Assembly: GCA_042408205.1 (NCBI GenBank)
Contig: JBHOQK010000025.1
Coordinates: 1,597 to 65,596, forward strand
DNA length: 64,000 nt
Direction: 5' to 3'
Origin: Dehalococcoidia bacterium
GTDB lineage: Bacteria > Chloroflexota > Dehalococcoidia > GIF9 > DYGU01
Part shown: positions 1 to 9,316 of the stretch, one piece after another
How positions within the stretch are numbered: position 1 is the stretch's first letter
How the letters are laid out: every line of letters begins with the position of its first letter
Notes under the pieces: generated by a model
What the model saw: the letters and a program-made list of their open reading frames with translations, nothing else
What the model was told of the DNA's origin: nothing
Database searches by the model: none
Translations under genes and position numbers: made by a program

Positions 1-47
1 TTGGCAAGGGGGCTTGGGGGGGTTAGTAGCTAAGGTAGCAGGCTATG

Positions 48-1175
48 TCACCACTGAACAAACATGGGCATGACGACATGGACATAGTTGTCGATACCCA
101 CGGGGCGGATGACGCCGGGGCTGGAGGGGGTAGTGATTTCCAGAGCTACTTGAGGTTGATGGATGACTCCGAGGACATCGGTGAGATATTTGGCATTAAA
201 AGCAATTTTAGCCGGTTCACCGTCTATTATGGCATCAATTTCGCTAACATTATCTCCAATTTCTTCAGCTCGGGCTGAAATTGTCATTTTGCCTGGGGTA
301 AGCTCAGTTCCAGGGGTAATGACTAAACGGATAATACCACTGCCATCGCGGGCAAAGATAGCGGACATTTTAACGGCTCGAGAGAACTGGGCGACCTCAA
401 CCACAGCTCGGGTAGCATAGCTTTGGGGGATAAGCTGGGCATAGTTAGGGAAAGTGCCCTGGATAAGCTGAGAGACCATTTCGGTGTTTTTGAGGCGGAA
501 GAAAACTTGGCTTTTTGGTTGGTTGACAACGATGGTCACTGGTTCCTCCTGGTCGGCAAGGAGGCGATTGAGTTCAATTAAGGTGCGCGCTGGAATAATG
601 ACGGCAGCTTTGCTGGTAACTGGGGAGAGGAGGTTTGTTTTGTGGACAGCCAGTCTAAAGCCATCGGCGGCAGCTAAAGTAAGTTTATTGCCATCAAATT
701 CGGTATGGACGCCGGTTAATACGGGGCGAGATTCTTCTGTAGCGGCAGCAAAGACAACTTGGCTAATAGCATTTCTTAGGGCATTAACTTCAATGGTGGT
801 GCTGATACCATCGGTAATCTGAGGGATGGGGGGAAAATCTTCGGCATCAATGCCGGTTATGCGAGCTTCAAAACGACCACTTTTGAGTTCCAGGACGCGA
901 TGGCTTAGGCTTAAGTCAATTCGGTCAGGAAGGAGGGAGTTGATAAATTCAGTGAGGAGGCGAGCTGGAACAGTGATGGCACCTTCTTTTTCCACATTAG
1001 CGCCAAGCCAGTGGGTGATAGCTATTTCTAAGTTAGTGGCGGTTAATTTGAGCCGGGACTGGTCAGTAGCAATGAGGACATTCTGGGTAATAGGTAAAGT
1101 AGTTCGGGTAGCAACAGCTCGGCTAACTATGCTAAGACCTTTAGCTAGATTTTCTTGAAGACAGGAAAGTTTCAT
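48..1175 (-). CDS. dnaN: DNA polymerase III subunit beta (sliding clamp)
   Basis: 375-aa ORF of typical three-domain clamp length. The N-terminus MKLSCLQENLAKGLSIVSRAVATR is typical of the family. SD ggaggtg lies just upstream on the minus strand. Confidence 0.9.
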   Translation of the reverse strand: MKLSCLQENLAKGLSIVSRAVATRTTLPITQNVLIATDQSRLKLTATNLEIAITHWLGANVEKEGAITVPARLLTEFINSLLPDRIDLSLSHRVLELKSGRFEARITGIDAEDFPPIPQITDGISTTIEVNALRNAISQVVFAAATEESRPVLTGVHTEFDGNKLTLAAADGFRLAVHKTNLLSPVTSKAAVIIPARTLIELNRLLADQEEPVTIVVNQPKSQVFFRLKNTEMVSQLIQGTFPNYAQLIPQSYATRAVVEVAQFSRAVKMSAIFARDGSGIIRLVITPGTELTPGKMTISARAEEIGDNVSEIDAIIDGEPAKIAFNAKYLTDVLGVIHQPQVALEITTPSSPGVIRPVGIDNYVHVVMPMFVQW

Positions 1176-1258
1176 AAGTCACCTCCCGCACAAGGACAAA
1201 AGCCATCGTCCTGATATATTAATGGTGAAAAGTAGAATAGCACGATGACGAGGGTAAG

Positions 1259-1720
1259 TCAATGAGAGAGTAAGTTAGTTTTTTTCTTTCCTGATTTACC
1301 GCCGCTTTTTTGGAGCAAGCGGATTTCTTCCAGGTGTAAGGATTGGTCAACGGTTTTGCACATATCGTAGATAGTGAGGGCAGTGATAGCCACGGCGGTG
1401 AGGGCTTCCATTTCAAAGCCCGTTTTGCCCCTACCTTTAACTGTGGCGGTAATGTCTACTGAGGAAGTTTGTTCGTTGAGGAAGAAATCAATAGAAATGT
1501 GTTCTATAAGGAGGGGATGGCACAGGGGGATGAGGTGATGAGTATTTTTGGCGCCGGCAATACCAGCAATTCGGGCAGTAGATAAGACATCTCCTTTAGG
1601 TAGCTTTCTCTCCTTTATGAGATTAAGGGTTGAGGCTTGCATAACGACTTTTCCCATGGCAATGGCTTCCCGGTAAGTTATCGGTTTTTGGCTGATGTCT
1701 ACCATATGGATATTGGACAT
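1259..1720 (-). CDS. moaC: cyclic pyranopterin monophosphate synthase MoaC
   Basis: 153-aa ORF with MoaC-like blocks (TARIAGIAGAKNTHHLIPLCHPL, GFEMEALTAV). It sits directly downstream of moaA. Confidence 0.9.
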   Translation of the reverse strand: MSNIHMVDISQKPITYREAIAMGKVVMQASTLNLIKERKLPKGDVLSTARIAGIAGAKNTHHLIPLCHPLLIEHISIDFFLNEQTSSVDITATVKGRGKTGFEMEALTAVAITALTIYDMCKTVDQSLHLEEIRLLQKSGGKSGKKKTNLLSH

Positions 1721-1722
1721 TT

Positions 1723-2718
1723 CTATCCTCCCAGTTGGGACATGAGGCTTTTAACTGGGGTTTGCTTTTCGGGGAGGGAGTGGTGGGAAGGTTTGGTGGA
1801 AATAGCTTGGTGGATAAGCTTTTTTATTTGGAGAGGTGAAGCTCCTTGGCGTAACGCCTGATGTAAGTCAATCTCGGTATCTTGGAGGAGGCAGGGGCGG
1901 AGTTTGCCCTGGGCAGTAAGACGAAGGCGGTTACAAGAAATACAGAAGTGCTCGGTTATAGGGGTAATAAAACCGATGGTTCCTTTAGCTTTTGGGAAGC
2001 GGAAATAACGAGCTGGACCATTGCCAGGAGGAGGTAATGAGGGTTCCAGGGAGCCGAGGGTAAGAAGTTGCTCTTTTATTTCAGCAGCGGGGACAAAGTT
2101 AACTGGGTGAATGGTGGTGGAGAAGGTGGGCATAAGTTCAATGAAGCGGACATGCCAACCCTCGGTAATGCTTCGGCGGGCAAAGTCAATTATTTCATCG
2201 TCATTTATACCCCGAAGGACAACCATGTTAATTTTGACGGGGTTGAGACCGAGGGCACGAGCGGTTTCAATACTTTTGAGGACATCTTTTAGCTTATCCT
2301 GGCCAGTAATGTAATGAAATTTGTCTGGTTTTAAGGAATCGAGGCTGATATTGACCCGGGTTAGCCCGGCTTGTTTTAAATCTTTAGCCTGAGAATGGAG
2401 GAGGACGCCATTAGTGGTTAGGGAAAGTTCTTCTATCTGGTCTATTTTGGCTAACATTTCAATGAGTTTTGGTAAATTCTTTCTGAGGAGGGGTTCACCT
2501 CCAGTAAGTCTTATTTTGGTGATGCCGAGTTCGGCGGCAATTTTGGTAATGGTAACCAGTTCTTCAAAGGAAAGGAGAGCCTGAGGAGGAAGAAGGGGGA
2601 TATTATTTTGTGGAAGGCAATAGCGGCAACGCAAATTGCACCGGTCGGTAACCGAGATGCGGAGGTAATTTATAGGGCGGCTAAAGGAATCAGAAAGTCC
2701 GGTCATAAAGCTCCTCAA
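1723..2718 (-). CDS. moaA: GTP 3',8-cyclase MoaA (radical SAM)
   Basis: CNLRCRYC radical-SAM CxxxCxxC motif near the N-terminus, and a C-terminal CISCNRLRLTAQGKLRPCL second-cluster motif. The start could be the internal Met at 2706. Confidence 0.9.
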   Translation of the reverse strand: MRSFMTGLSDSFSRPINYLRISVTDRCNLRCRYCLPQNNIPLLPPQALLSFEELVTITKIAAELGITKIRLTGGEPLLRKNLPKLIEMLAKIDQIEELSLTTNGVLLHSQAKDLKQAGLTRVNISLDSLKPDKFHYITGQDKLKDVLKSIETARALGLNPVKINMVVLRGINDDEIIDFARRSITEGWHVRFIELMPTFSTTIHPVNFVPAAEIKEQLLTLGSLEPSLPPPGNGPARYFRFPKAKGTIGFITPITEHFCISCNRLRLTAQGKLRPCLLQDTEIDLHQALRQGASPLQIKKLIHQAISTKPSHHSLPEKQTPVKSLMSQLGG

Positions 2719-3322
2719 GGAACTTTAGGGCTTTTTGGGCAGCTTTACCCCGGTGGCTAATTTGATTTTTAATTTCTAAGGGCAGTTCAGCCAGGGTTTT
2801 GCCTAATTGGGGGAGATAGAAAATTGGGTCGTAGCCAAAACCATTAGTCCCTCGGGGTTCGAAGGTGATAAAACCGAAGCAATCGCCATAAAATAGCTCA
2901 ACTTTACCATCGGGGAAAGCAATGGCAATAATGCAAACAAAACGAGCCGTTCTCTTTTCCCAGGGGATATTCTTGAGTAAGGATAAAAGATAGGCGATAT
3001 TAGCGGCATCGTTAGCTTTAGGACCGGCGAAGCGAGCGGAAAGGCTACCCGGTCTGCCACCAAGGGCATCAACTTCCAGTCCGGAGTCATCGGCTAAAGT
3101 AATGAGCTGACTGAGGTTAGCCCCAGTAATGGCTTTAAACCGGGCATTTTCTTCATAGGTTTCTCCTGGCTCGGTTATATTTACCTTAAGTCCTGTCTTA
3201 AGGGGTGTAATAACTTCAAAATTTTGGAGCAAGGACTCAAATTCTCTTATTTTTCCTGGGTTAGAAGTAGCCAGGAAAATTTTTAGCTTAGTTTGATTAT
3301 AGGTCTTCAAATCTTCCTTCAA
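2690..3322 (-). CDS. rdgB: non-canonical purine NTP pyrophosphatase (RdgB/HAM1 family)
   Basis: ATSNPGKIREF N-terminal motif and a FGYDPIF C-terminal motif, both typical of HAM1/RdgB. Confidence 0.85.
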   Translation of the reverse strand: MKEDLKTYNQTKLKIFLATSNPGKIREFESLLQNFEVITPLKTGLKVNITEPGETYEENARFKAITGANLSQLITLADDSGLEVDALGGRPGSLSARFAGPKANDAANIAYLLSLLKNIPWEKRTARFVCIIAIAFPDGKVELFYGDCFGFITFEPRGTNGFGYDPIFYLPQLGKTLAELPLEIKNQISHRGKAAQKALKFLEELYDRTF

Positions 3323-4391
3323 GTTTCTTCATTACTTGCGGCATGGTGGTATATTCCATTTCTTCTAAGGGGAGGCGGTGAGGTTCAAAGGGACCAAGAC
3401 GGCGCAAATAATCTGCCATAGCATTAGCTTGGCGTCGGGCTTCATCAAAAGCTGGGTCGTCAAAGAGGTCTCGGGGTCCAACGAGTTTGCCTGAAGAAAG
3501 CTGAAAACCGAGAGCCACTACCCGGGGTGGACCGTCAAAACGGGTGGGATTGCTATCTTTAAGGGCAACAGGCATTAAAGGACCATGGTGGGAGCCGCGC
3601 ATCCAGCCTTCTACAATATGAGGTGAGGTAAAAGGTTCCAAGATTTCTCCCACCGCCGGAAATTGTCCTTGGGAGCGGACAATACAAACAGGGTCGTCTT
3701 TGCCGACATATCGTCCGGCAATGAGAGCCAAGCGCTGGGTGGAAGAAACGGCAGCAATTTCTTTAGTTTCTCGGTGGTAGACGGCTTTAATGGCATAGCG
3801 ACTTGGTGAGCCAAGGAAGACAAGCATATCATAAATTTCTTCCGGAGCATTAAAAATAATTTTTTTGCTTAGCTTTACATCGTGGACTTCAAAGGCAAAG
3901 CCGGCATGCATATTGGGGGCGATGACTAGTCCAATGGTGTTAAAGGGATCAGCGAAGATTTTGTATAAAGGTAAGTTCCAAGCGCCGGCAGCAGTTTTAT
4001 CCGCCATAAAAATGACGATAGTCTCGGCTTCTCTTTCTTCAAACTGCATCTCCGCTACCCCCGGCCCCATTCCTTTGACAGTGCCGGTAAAGGCTTCAGC
4101 TAACAGGTCTTGACCGGCAGCATGAAGTTTTAGTTTTTTAGCGATCTGGGTGCATTCAGCGAAGGTATCCCAAGCAAGTTTATGAATAAGGTTGCTTTCT
4201 TCTCCCTGCTGATGGCTCATTATCAGCTGGAGGTCATCCCCACAATGGGTTACATGGTAGTCAATAAGGATTCCTTTCTTTAAGGCATTACTTAGGCTTT
4301 CTTTAGCCTTTTGAATTACCTCGGGGTGGGAACTGGAATGGCCAACCCAACCACCAATGTCAGCTTTGATGACGCTTAAAGTTATAATCAT
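3297..4391 (-). CDS. fbp: bifunctional fructose-1,6-bisphosphate aldolase/phosphatase (class V FBPase)
   Basis: 364 aa. The N-terminus TLSVIKADIGGWVGHSSSHPE is the hallmark of the archaeal-type FBP aldolase/phosphatase. Confidence 0.9.
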   Translation of the reverse strand: MIITLSVIKADIGGWVGHSSSHPEVIQKAKESLSNALKKGILIDYHVTHCGDDLQLIMSHQQGEESNLIHKLAWDTFAECTQIAKKLKLHAAGQDLLAEAFTGTVKGMGPGVAEMQFEEREAETIVIFMADKTAAGAWNLPLYKIFADPFNTIGLVIAPNMHAGFAFEVHDVKLSKKIIFNAPEEIYDMLVFLGSPSRYAIKAVYHRETKEIAAVSSTQRLALIAGRYVGKDDPVCIVRSQGQFPAVGEILEPFTSPHIVEGWMRGSHHGPLMPVALKDSNPTRFDGPPRVVALGFQLSSGKLVGPRDLFDDPAFDEARRQANAMADYLRRLGPFEPHRLPLEEMEYTTMPQVMKKLEGRFEDL

Positions 4392-4412
4392 GTTACCCCC
4401 TTCCTTTTAACT

Positions 4413-6068
4413 TTAGACTAAAGCTGGCAAACGATATTCACCAAAGACCCGGCGTAAAACACCACAGATTTCACCAAGAGTAGCATAAGCTTTCACTGCT
4501 TCCAAGATAAAGGGCATGAGGTTATCTGTTCTCTGAGCGGCTTGACGCAAAGCTTCCAGCTTTACTGAAACTAATTCATTGTCTCTTTCTCGGCGTATCC
4601 GGTTAAGGCGCTCTAAGTGTCTTCTTTCCCCCTCTTTGTCTATTTTTAGGAGGGGGATAGTGATAGGTTCGTTTGTTATATATTCATTAACGCCGACTAT
4701 AATTCGCTTCTTAGTATCTATTTCTCTCTGGTAGCGATAAGCTGATTCGGCAATTTCTCTGTGGAAGAAGCCTGACTCTATCCCGGCGATAACACCGCCG
4801 ATAGACTCAATTTTAGCGAAATAGTCATAGACAGCTTTTTCCATCTGATTGGTAAGGGCTTCTACGAAATAACTACCACCGAGGGGGTCAATAGTATTAA
4901 CTACACCACTTTCGTGGGCGATGATTTGCTGGGTGCGTAAGGCAATTCTCACGGCAAATTCTGAGGGTAAAGCTAAGGCTTCATCCATAGAATTAGTATG
5001 GAGGGATTGGGTGCCACCGAGAACGGCAGCTAAAGCCTGGATAGTAGTTCTAATGATATTGTTTTCCGGTTGCTGGGCGGTGAGGGAACAGCCGGCGGTT
5101 TGGGTATGGAAGCGGAGCCATTGGGAGCGCTCATTGGCGCCGAAGCGGTGTTTCATTTCCCTTGCCCAGATACGCCGAGCGGCTCGAAATTTGGCAATCT
5201 CTTCAAAGAAATCATTATGGCAATTGAAAAAGAAGCTGAGTCTGGGGGCAAAGTCATCTACTTTAAGCCCTCGGTCAATACCGGCTTGAACATAGGTTAA
5301 GCCATTAGCTAAAGTAAAAGCCAGTTCCTGTACAGCAGTTGCCCCTGCTTCCCGGATGTGGTAGCCACTAATACTGATAGTATTCCAGCGGGGGACATAT
5401 TTCATGCCGAACTCAAAAGTATCCACAATGAGGCGCAAAGACGGTTTTGGGGGGAAAATATAAGCATTTTGTGCCATATATTCCTTAAGGATATCATTCT
5501 GGATAGTCCCCCCCAGTTTATCCAGGGGTATGCCTCGTTTTTCGGCATTAGCCAAATACATAGCCCAGATAACGGCGGCGGGTCCATTGATAGTCATGGA
5601 GGTAGTTATTTGATCTAAGGGAATGCCATCAAAGAGGATTTCCATATCTGCCAAAGAAGACACTGCCACACCACATTTGCCAAATTCCCCCCGAGCCTCG
5701 GGGGCATCGGTGTCATAGCCATTAAGGGTAGGAAAATCAAAGGCGACGCTAAGACCAGTTTCCCCATGTTCCAGAAGGTATTTATATCGGGCATTACTTT
5801 CTTCGGCGCTGCCAAAGCCGGCAAACATGCGCATGGTCCAGAGTCGTCCGCGATAACCTGTATAATGGATGCCCCGAGTAAAGGGGTATTCCCCAGGGAA
5901 GCCTAAATCCCGGAAATAATCCATATCAGCAATATCGGCGGGTGTGTAGAGGCGTTCAATAGGAGTGCCCGAAGTGGTCACAAAAGTCTCTTGTCTTTCG
6001 GGGAAGCATTGGGACCGGGCATACCATTCTGCCACTTTTCTCTCTATTTCATCCTTTACCTCAAACAT
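4413..6068 (-). CDS. methylmalonyl-CoA mutase, catalytic (TIM-barrel) subunit; no B12-binding domain in this ORF
   Basis: 551 aa with [19 protein letters not shown] and [10 protein letters not shown] blocks typical of the MCM large-subunit N-terminal domain. The ORF ends before a cobalamin-binding domain would begin. Confidence 0.9.
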   Translation of the reverse strand: MFEVKDEIERKVAEWYARSQCFPERQETFVTTSGTPIERLYTPADIADMDYFRDLGFPGEYPFTRGIHYTGYRGRLWTMRMFAGFGSAEESNARYKYLLEHGETGLSVAFDFPTLNGYDTDAPEARGEFGKCGVAVSSLADMEILFDGIPLDQITTSMTINGPAAVIWAMYLANAEKRGIPLDKLGGTIQNDILKEYMAQNAYIFPPKPSLRLIVDTFEFGMKYVPRWNTISISGYHIREAGATAVQELAFTLANGLTYVQAGIDRGLKVDDFAPRLSFFFNCHNDFFEEIAKFRAARRIWAREMKHRFGANERSQWLRFHTQTAGCSLTAQQPENNIIRTTIQALAAVLGGTQSLHTNSMDEALALPSEFAVRIALRTQQIIAHESGVVNTIDPLGGSYFVEALTNQMEKAVYDYFAKIESIGGVIAGIESGFFHREIAESAYRYQREIDTKKRIIVGVNEYITNEPITIPLLKIDKEGERRHLERLNRIRRERDNELVSVKLEALRQAAQRTDNLMPFILEAVKAYATLGEICGVLRRVFGEYRLPALV

Positions 6069-6083
6069 GGTACCTCCTCCAGT

Positions 6084-6644
6084 TTAGCAGTCAATGCCTT
6101 TTCGGGATAGAATACCTTTATCATAGGGGTGTTTCACTTTAACCATCTCTGTGACTAAATCTGCCAGTTCCACAAGTTTCGGGTGAGCATAGCGACCGGT
6201 CAAGATAAGTTCTACCTTTTCTGGCTTGTCTTTAATCAGCTTTATTACTTCCTCCAGGTCAATCAGTTTCCAGGCGGTAGCCACATTGACTTCGTCTAAT
6301 ATTACTATATCATAATTACCGCTAAGCATTGCCTGACGAGCTGCTTCCAGGGCTCTTCTGGCTTCTGCCTTTTCTTCTTCCTTAACATTATTTGGGTCAA
6401 CGAAATGTTCATGACCGAAAGTAGCCAGGGTTACATTAGGAATCTGGGCTAAAAATTTTTGTTCCCCATAAGGGAAGTTCCCTTTCATGAAAAAGGCAAT
6501 ATAAACTCTTAACCCATGGCCTAAAGCTCGGACTACTGTGCCTAAAGCGGCGGAAGTCTTTCCCTTGCCATCGCCGGTGAAGACTTCCACCAAACCTTTA
6601 GTCAAAGGCTTATGGGGAGGGATTTCCTTTGTTTTTTTGGGCAC
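6084..6644 (-). CDS. cobO: cob(I)yrinic acid a,c-diamide / cob(I)alamin adenosyltransferase
   Basis: 186 aa with a GLVEVFTGDGKGKTSAALG P-loop typical of the CobO/BtuR family. GTG start. Confidence 0.85.
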   Translation of the reverse strand: MPKKTKEIPPHKPLTKGLVEVFTGDGKGKTSAALGTVVRALGHGLRVYIAFFMKGNFPYGEQKFLAQIPNVTLATFGHEHFVDPNNVKEEEKAEARRALEAARQAMLSGNYDIVILDEVNVATAWKLIDLEEVIKLIKDKPEKVELILTGRYAHPKLVELADLVTEMVKVKHPYDKGILSRKGIDC

Positions 6645-6653
6645 AGCAAAAAG

Positions 6654-6683
6654 AGTTTAACAGAAATCAAATATAGCGGTCAA
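6654..6683 (-). promoter_or_regulatory. sigma70-like promoter for cobO (TTGACC-18-TAAACT)
   Basis: Read on the minus strand. The -10 box ends 9 nt upstream of the GTG start, and no SD is visible. Confidence 0.45.
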
Positions 6684-6712
6684 GGATAAGCCGTTTTTAG
6701 GTCTTAAAGGCT

Positions 6713-7723
6713 TTAATAGCGTCTTCGGAGAGCTAAAGCCAGCAGGGAAAGCAAAATGAAACCATTAATTACAGCTATACCTATAATAAGCCATGAAGGT
6801 TTTGGTGGCGGGGCTGGGGCAACCACGGTAAATTTGTCTTTAAGGTCACCAATTTCTACCTGGTACTCACCAATAATAGTTTTGGTGATAGGGAAGTCTA
6901 CTTTTTGGCTACTTCCGGGGGTGAGGGTCAATTCTTTTGTCGCTTCGACTCTGTGGTTTATCTTTAACTCCAAGTTATAACTACCTGTGGAACCACCAAT
7001 ATTGCTGACTATTACTGAGATAATAATGGTGGTGCCCACTGGGGCTTGTTTTGGTTTAATATTAAGACTGCTTATCGTGAAAGTGGCTGGAGTTGGTGGT
7101 GCCAGCTTAGCTAAGAGGGCAAACATAGCCGTATGGGTTATCTTTGCCGTGACTGTTCCTAACTCAGGGGTGCCAGCGGTTTCTGATTCTAACTCTATCC
7201 AGCCCTTGTTGGGATGATAATAAGCTATAACTAAAGAGGTAGTTTCTTTGGGCAGTTTAGGTGGTTCAAAGGTAAGGGTAAGTTTAGCTGGTGGGACGAA
7301 ACTTATTCCGTGGGGAGTGAAATCCCAAATATTACCAACTATCTTGGTATTGGGTGGTGGGGGTGGTGAGTCTTTTCTGTCTATAAATATCTGGGTAGCT
7401 GGTGTTCCGTCTGGATTATTAACCAGGGTGAACCTTTCTATTTCAAATCTTATCTGGTCTCTGGATATCAGAACCAGATTAGTCAGCCTTAAGTCGGTTA
7501 AGTGAGGAGAGGTGAGGATAGGGGAACCCTCAAAGTAGATATTTAGCTTTGGCGGTTCTGGAGCATAACCTCCTCCCCCTCCTCCACCTGGTAAGGGGAT
7601 TCCGGGCGTGGCAGTAATAGTAATGTCAGCCGTATTGCTACCACTACCTTGACCGATAGCAAAATAAACAGGTAAGCTGATAAAAGTGGCGGCGAGGATA
7701 AAAGCGCAGATTACTTTTCGCAT
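6713..7723 (-). CDS. secreted, C-terminally membrane-anchored protein with CARDB-like beta-sandwich domain
   Basis: N-terminal signal peptide and a GGGGGG tract. A CARDB-like segment follows (VGTTIIISVIVSNIGGSTGSYNLELKIN...GEYQVEIGD). The C-terminus is a PSW + hydrophobic helix + RRRY anchor. Confidence 0.55.
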   Translation of the reverse strand: MRKVICAFILAATFISLPVYFAIGQGSGSNTADITITATPGIPLPGGGGGGGYAPEPPKLNIYFEGSPILTSPHLTDLRLTNLVLISRDQIRFEIERFTLVNNPDGTPATQIFIDRKDSPPPPPNTKIVGNIWDFTPHGISFVPPAKLTLTFEPPKLPKETTSLVIAYYHPNKGWIELESETAGTPELGTVTAKITHTAMFALLAKLAPPTPATFTISSLNIKPKQAPVGTTIIISVIVSNIGGSTGSYNLELKINHRVEATKELTLTPGSSQKVDFPITKTIIGEYQVEIGDLKDKFTVVAPAPPPKPSWLIIGIAVINGFILLSLLALALRRRY

Positions 7724-7727
7724 TACC

Positions 7728-8201
7728 CTACTTCATGGTGACCAACCACCGGGAGCAAAGTTCGACCTGTATCATAGCTCCCGTCTCTTCTATTACTGAA
7801 ATCCAGAACTCCCACTTCTTGGACATTACTTTAGCCTGTTTAGGCATATCTAAGGCAACAAGTATATTTCTTGTTTCCCTTGGGGCTAAAACTGGGTTTG
7901 GGTCAGCTATTATTACCCAGTTTTGGCTTTCGGGCGGTGGCTTATCGTAGCCTTCAGCTACATAATCGGGGTAACGATACTTAATGGTAAATTGGCTGGG
8001 TGTCTCTTTTGCATTATAAATGGTAATATTCCATTCCGCCCTTGCCCCAGGGTAGAAGTTAGATATGTATACTTTTCCCGGACTGAGCCAGGTCTTATCT
8101 GGTGGAGGTAACCCCGCCGGAGATTCTATTGCTGGCTGGGTTTGGGCACAGCCAGTAAATAACACCACCAATAAGCTAACTATTAGCTTTGCTATCTTCA
8201 T
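7728..8201 (-). CDS. probable lipoprotein, unknown function
   Basis: Signal peptide ending in the lipobox-like LFTGC. It lies 4 nt upstream of the next ORF in the cluster. Confidence 0.5.
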   Translation of the reverse strand: MKIAKLIVSLLVVLFTGCAQTQPAIESPAGLPPPDKTWLSPGKVYISNFYPGARAEWNITIYNAKETPSQFTIKYRYPDYVAEGYDKPPPESQNWVIIADPNPVLAPRETRNILVALDMPKQAKVMSKKWEFWISVIEETGAMIQVELCSRWLVTMK

Positions 8202-8219
8202 TAATTCTCCAGCATTAAT

Positions 8220-8717
8220 TTAAGCTTGTGTTGCGGTCAACCGAACCGTATTTTGCTTTTGCTGCCCATCTTCAAATTGAGTAGGTGTTAACAGTTGTAA
8301 ACCAAACTGGAAGGATTGGCCTGCCTGGTGGTTCTCAACAATCTTATTAGGGTTGTTATACTTGACAACGATCCAATCATTATTACCATACTTTTTCGCC
8401 TTTAAAGCAACTGCATTTGTTCCCGGTTGGCCCGTGTCGCTATGATTCCAATTGCCTCCCCAGCTATTACTTGTGACACTTATAGTTACATTTATATTCA
8501 CACTACTACTATTGGTTACTGTAAACTGGGTGGTGGGTGTCTCATAACTGGCGTTTGGTTGCACTACACCAAAATTATAATTGTTTGGGCTAACTGAAAT
8601 ATTTATATATGCTGGGGTAGCCGTTACGGTAACATCAGCTGTGCTTGAAGCTAATACAGGAATACTTGGCATGAAAGTGAGCAAACTTATCAACAAAATG
8701 GTGATAAACTTTTTCAC
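8220..8717 (-). CDS. secreted beta-sandwich protein, paralog of 8831..9316
   Basis: GTG start with SD aaggaggg and a signal peptide MKKFITILLISLLTFMPSIPVLASS. It shares sequence blocks with the upstream ORF (FGVV.PN..Y, FTVTN...VNINVTI, GQPGTNAV.LKA). Confidence 0.55.
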   Translation of the reverse strand: MKKFITILLISLLTFMPSIPVLASSTADVTVTATPAYINISVSPNNYNFGVVQPNASYETPTTQFTVTNSSSVNINVTISVTSNSWGGNWNHSDTGQPGTNAVALKAKKYGNNDWIVVKYNNPNKIVENHQAGQSFQFGLQLLTPTQFEDGQQKQNTVRLTATQA

Positions 8718-8830
8718 TTTTTCCCTCCTTTCTTAATTTATTTTTAATAATGTTGCTAAGTTTTAAGGCTTTGAGTTCCGGCTTTGACCTGAATTTCACC
8801 CCCTTATTTATTTATTATATTTATAAATGG

Positions 8831-9316
8831 TTACCCTCCGGATGCGCTGGCTATCAATGTTATCCTGCCATGTTTTTTAACTCCGTCGGTAAAAGTTCCT
8901 GTCTCCATCTTAATCTCCCATTTCTTTGAACTTCCAGGTGACAATGAATAGATAAAGGGCTGGGAGGAGGTGGTTAGGGTAACCATGGCATCTTCGTTCT
9001 GATCCCCTGACCTACCAGCTTTGATACGCACTTGATTTTGTCCTGGCTGCCCAGTGACCAGTCCCCAACCAACACCACCACTGAAATTTGAGCCTTGGAT
9101 ATTGATGTTTACGGGCACATCACCAGTATTTTTTACTGTAAAGTAACATTCGTTGTCATCAAGGGGAAATTCGGGGGGAGTGCCATTAGACCAGTAGGCT
9201 GAGTTGGGGTTAACTATACCAAAGTCTATGTGTGGGGGGTTATTTTTAATGTGTGTGGGGGGGGGAGTAGTCCACTTTAACCCAGACTTGAGTACATTTT
9301 GCTTTATTTGAGGCAC
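8831..9316 (-). CDS. beta-sandwich domain ORF without its own signal peptide; probably the C-terminal part of a frameshifted or phase-variable gene with 9246..9863
   Basis: Paralogous to 8220..8717. There is no SD or signal peptide. It overlaps the upstream ORF by 71 nt, and a C9 run sits in the overlap. Confidence 0.45.
   Translation of the reverse strand: MPQIKQNVLKSGLKWTTPPPTHIKNNPPHIDFGIVNPNSAYWSNGTPPEFPLDDNECYFTVKNTGDVPVNINIQGSNFSGGVGWGLVTGQPGQNQVRIKAGRSGDQNEDAMVTLTTSSQPFIYSLSPGSSKKWEIKMETGTFTDGVKKHGRITLIASASGG

Noticed and set aside
163-1158. Plus-strand ORFs (163..420, 484..822, 826..1158) and the minus-strand ORF 323..529 inside dnaN.
   Set aside because: They are shadow frames, either antisense or alternative, within a confidently identified gene. 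Their composition is low-complexity and they have no SD.
1176-1258. A replication origin or DnaA boxes next to dnaN.
   Set aside because: dnaA is not adjacent (moaC is). There is no cluster of TTATCCACA-like boxes. The isolated 8/9 matches at about 5431 and 61235 lie inside or near unrelated genes.
4392-6712. A cobalamin riboswitch upstream of the MCM or cobO genes.
   Set aside because: The intergenic spaces are only about 15 to 70 nt and lack a B12-box-like sequence. I saw only a simple promoter.
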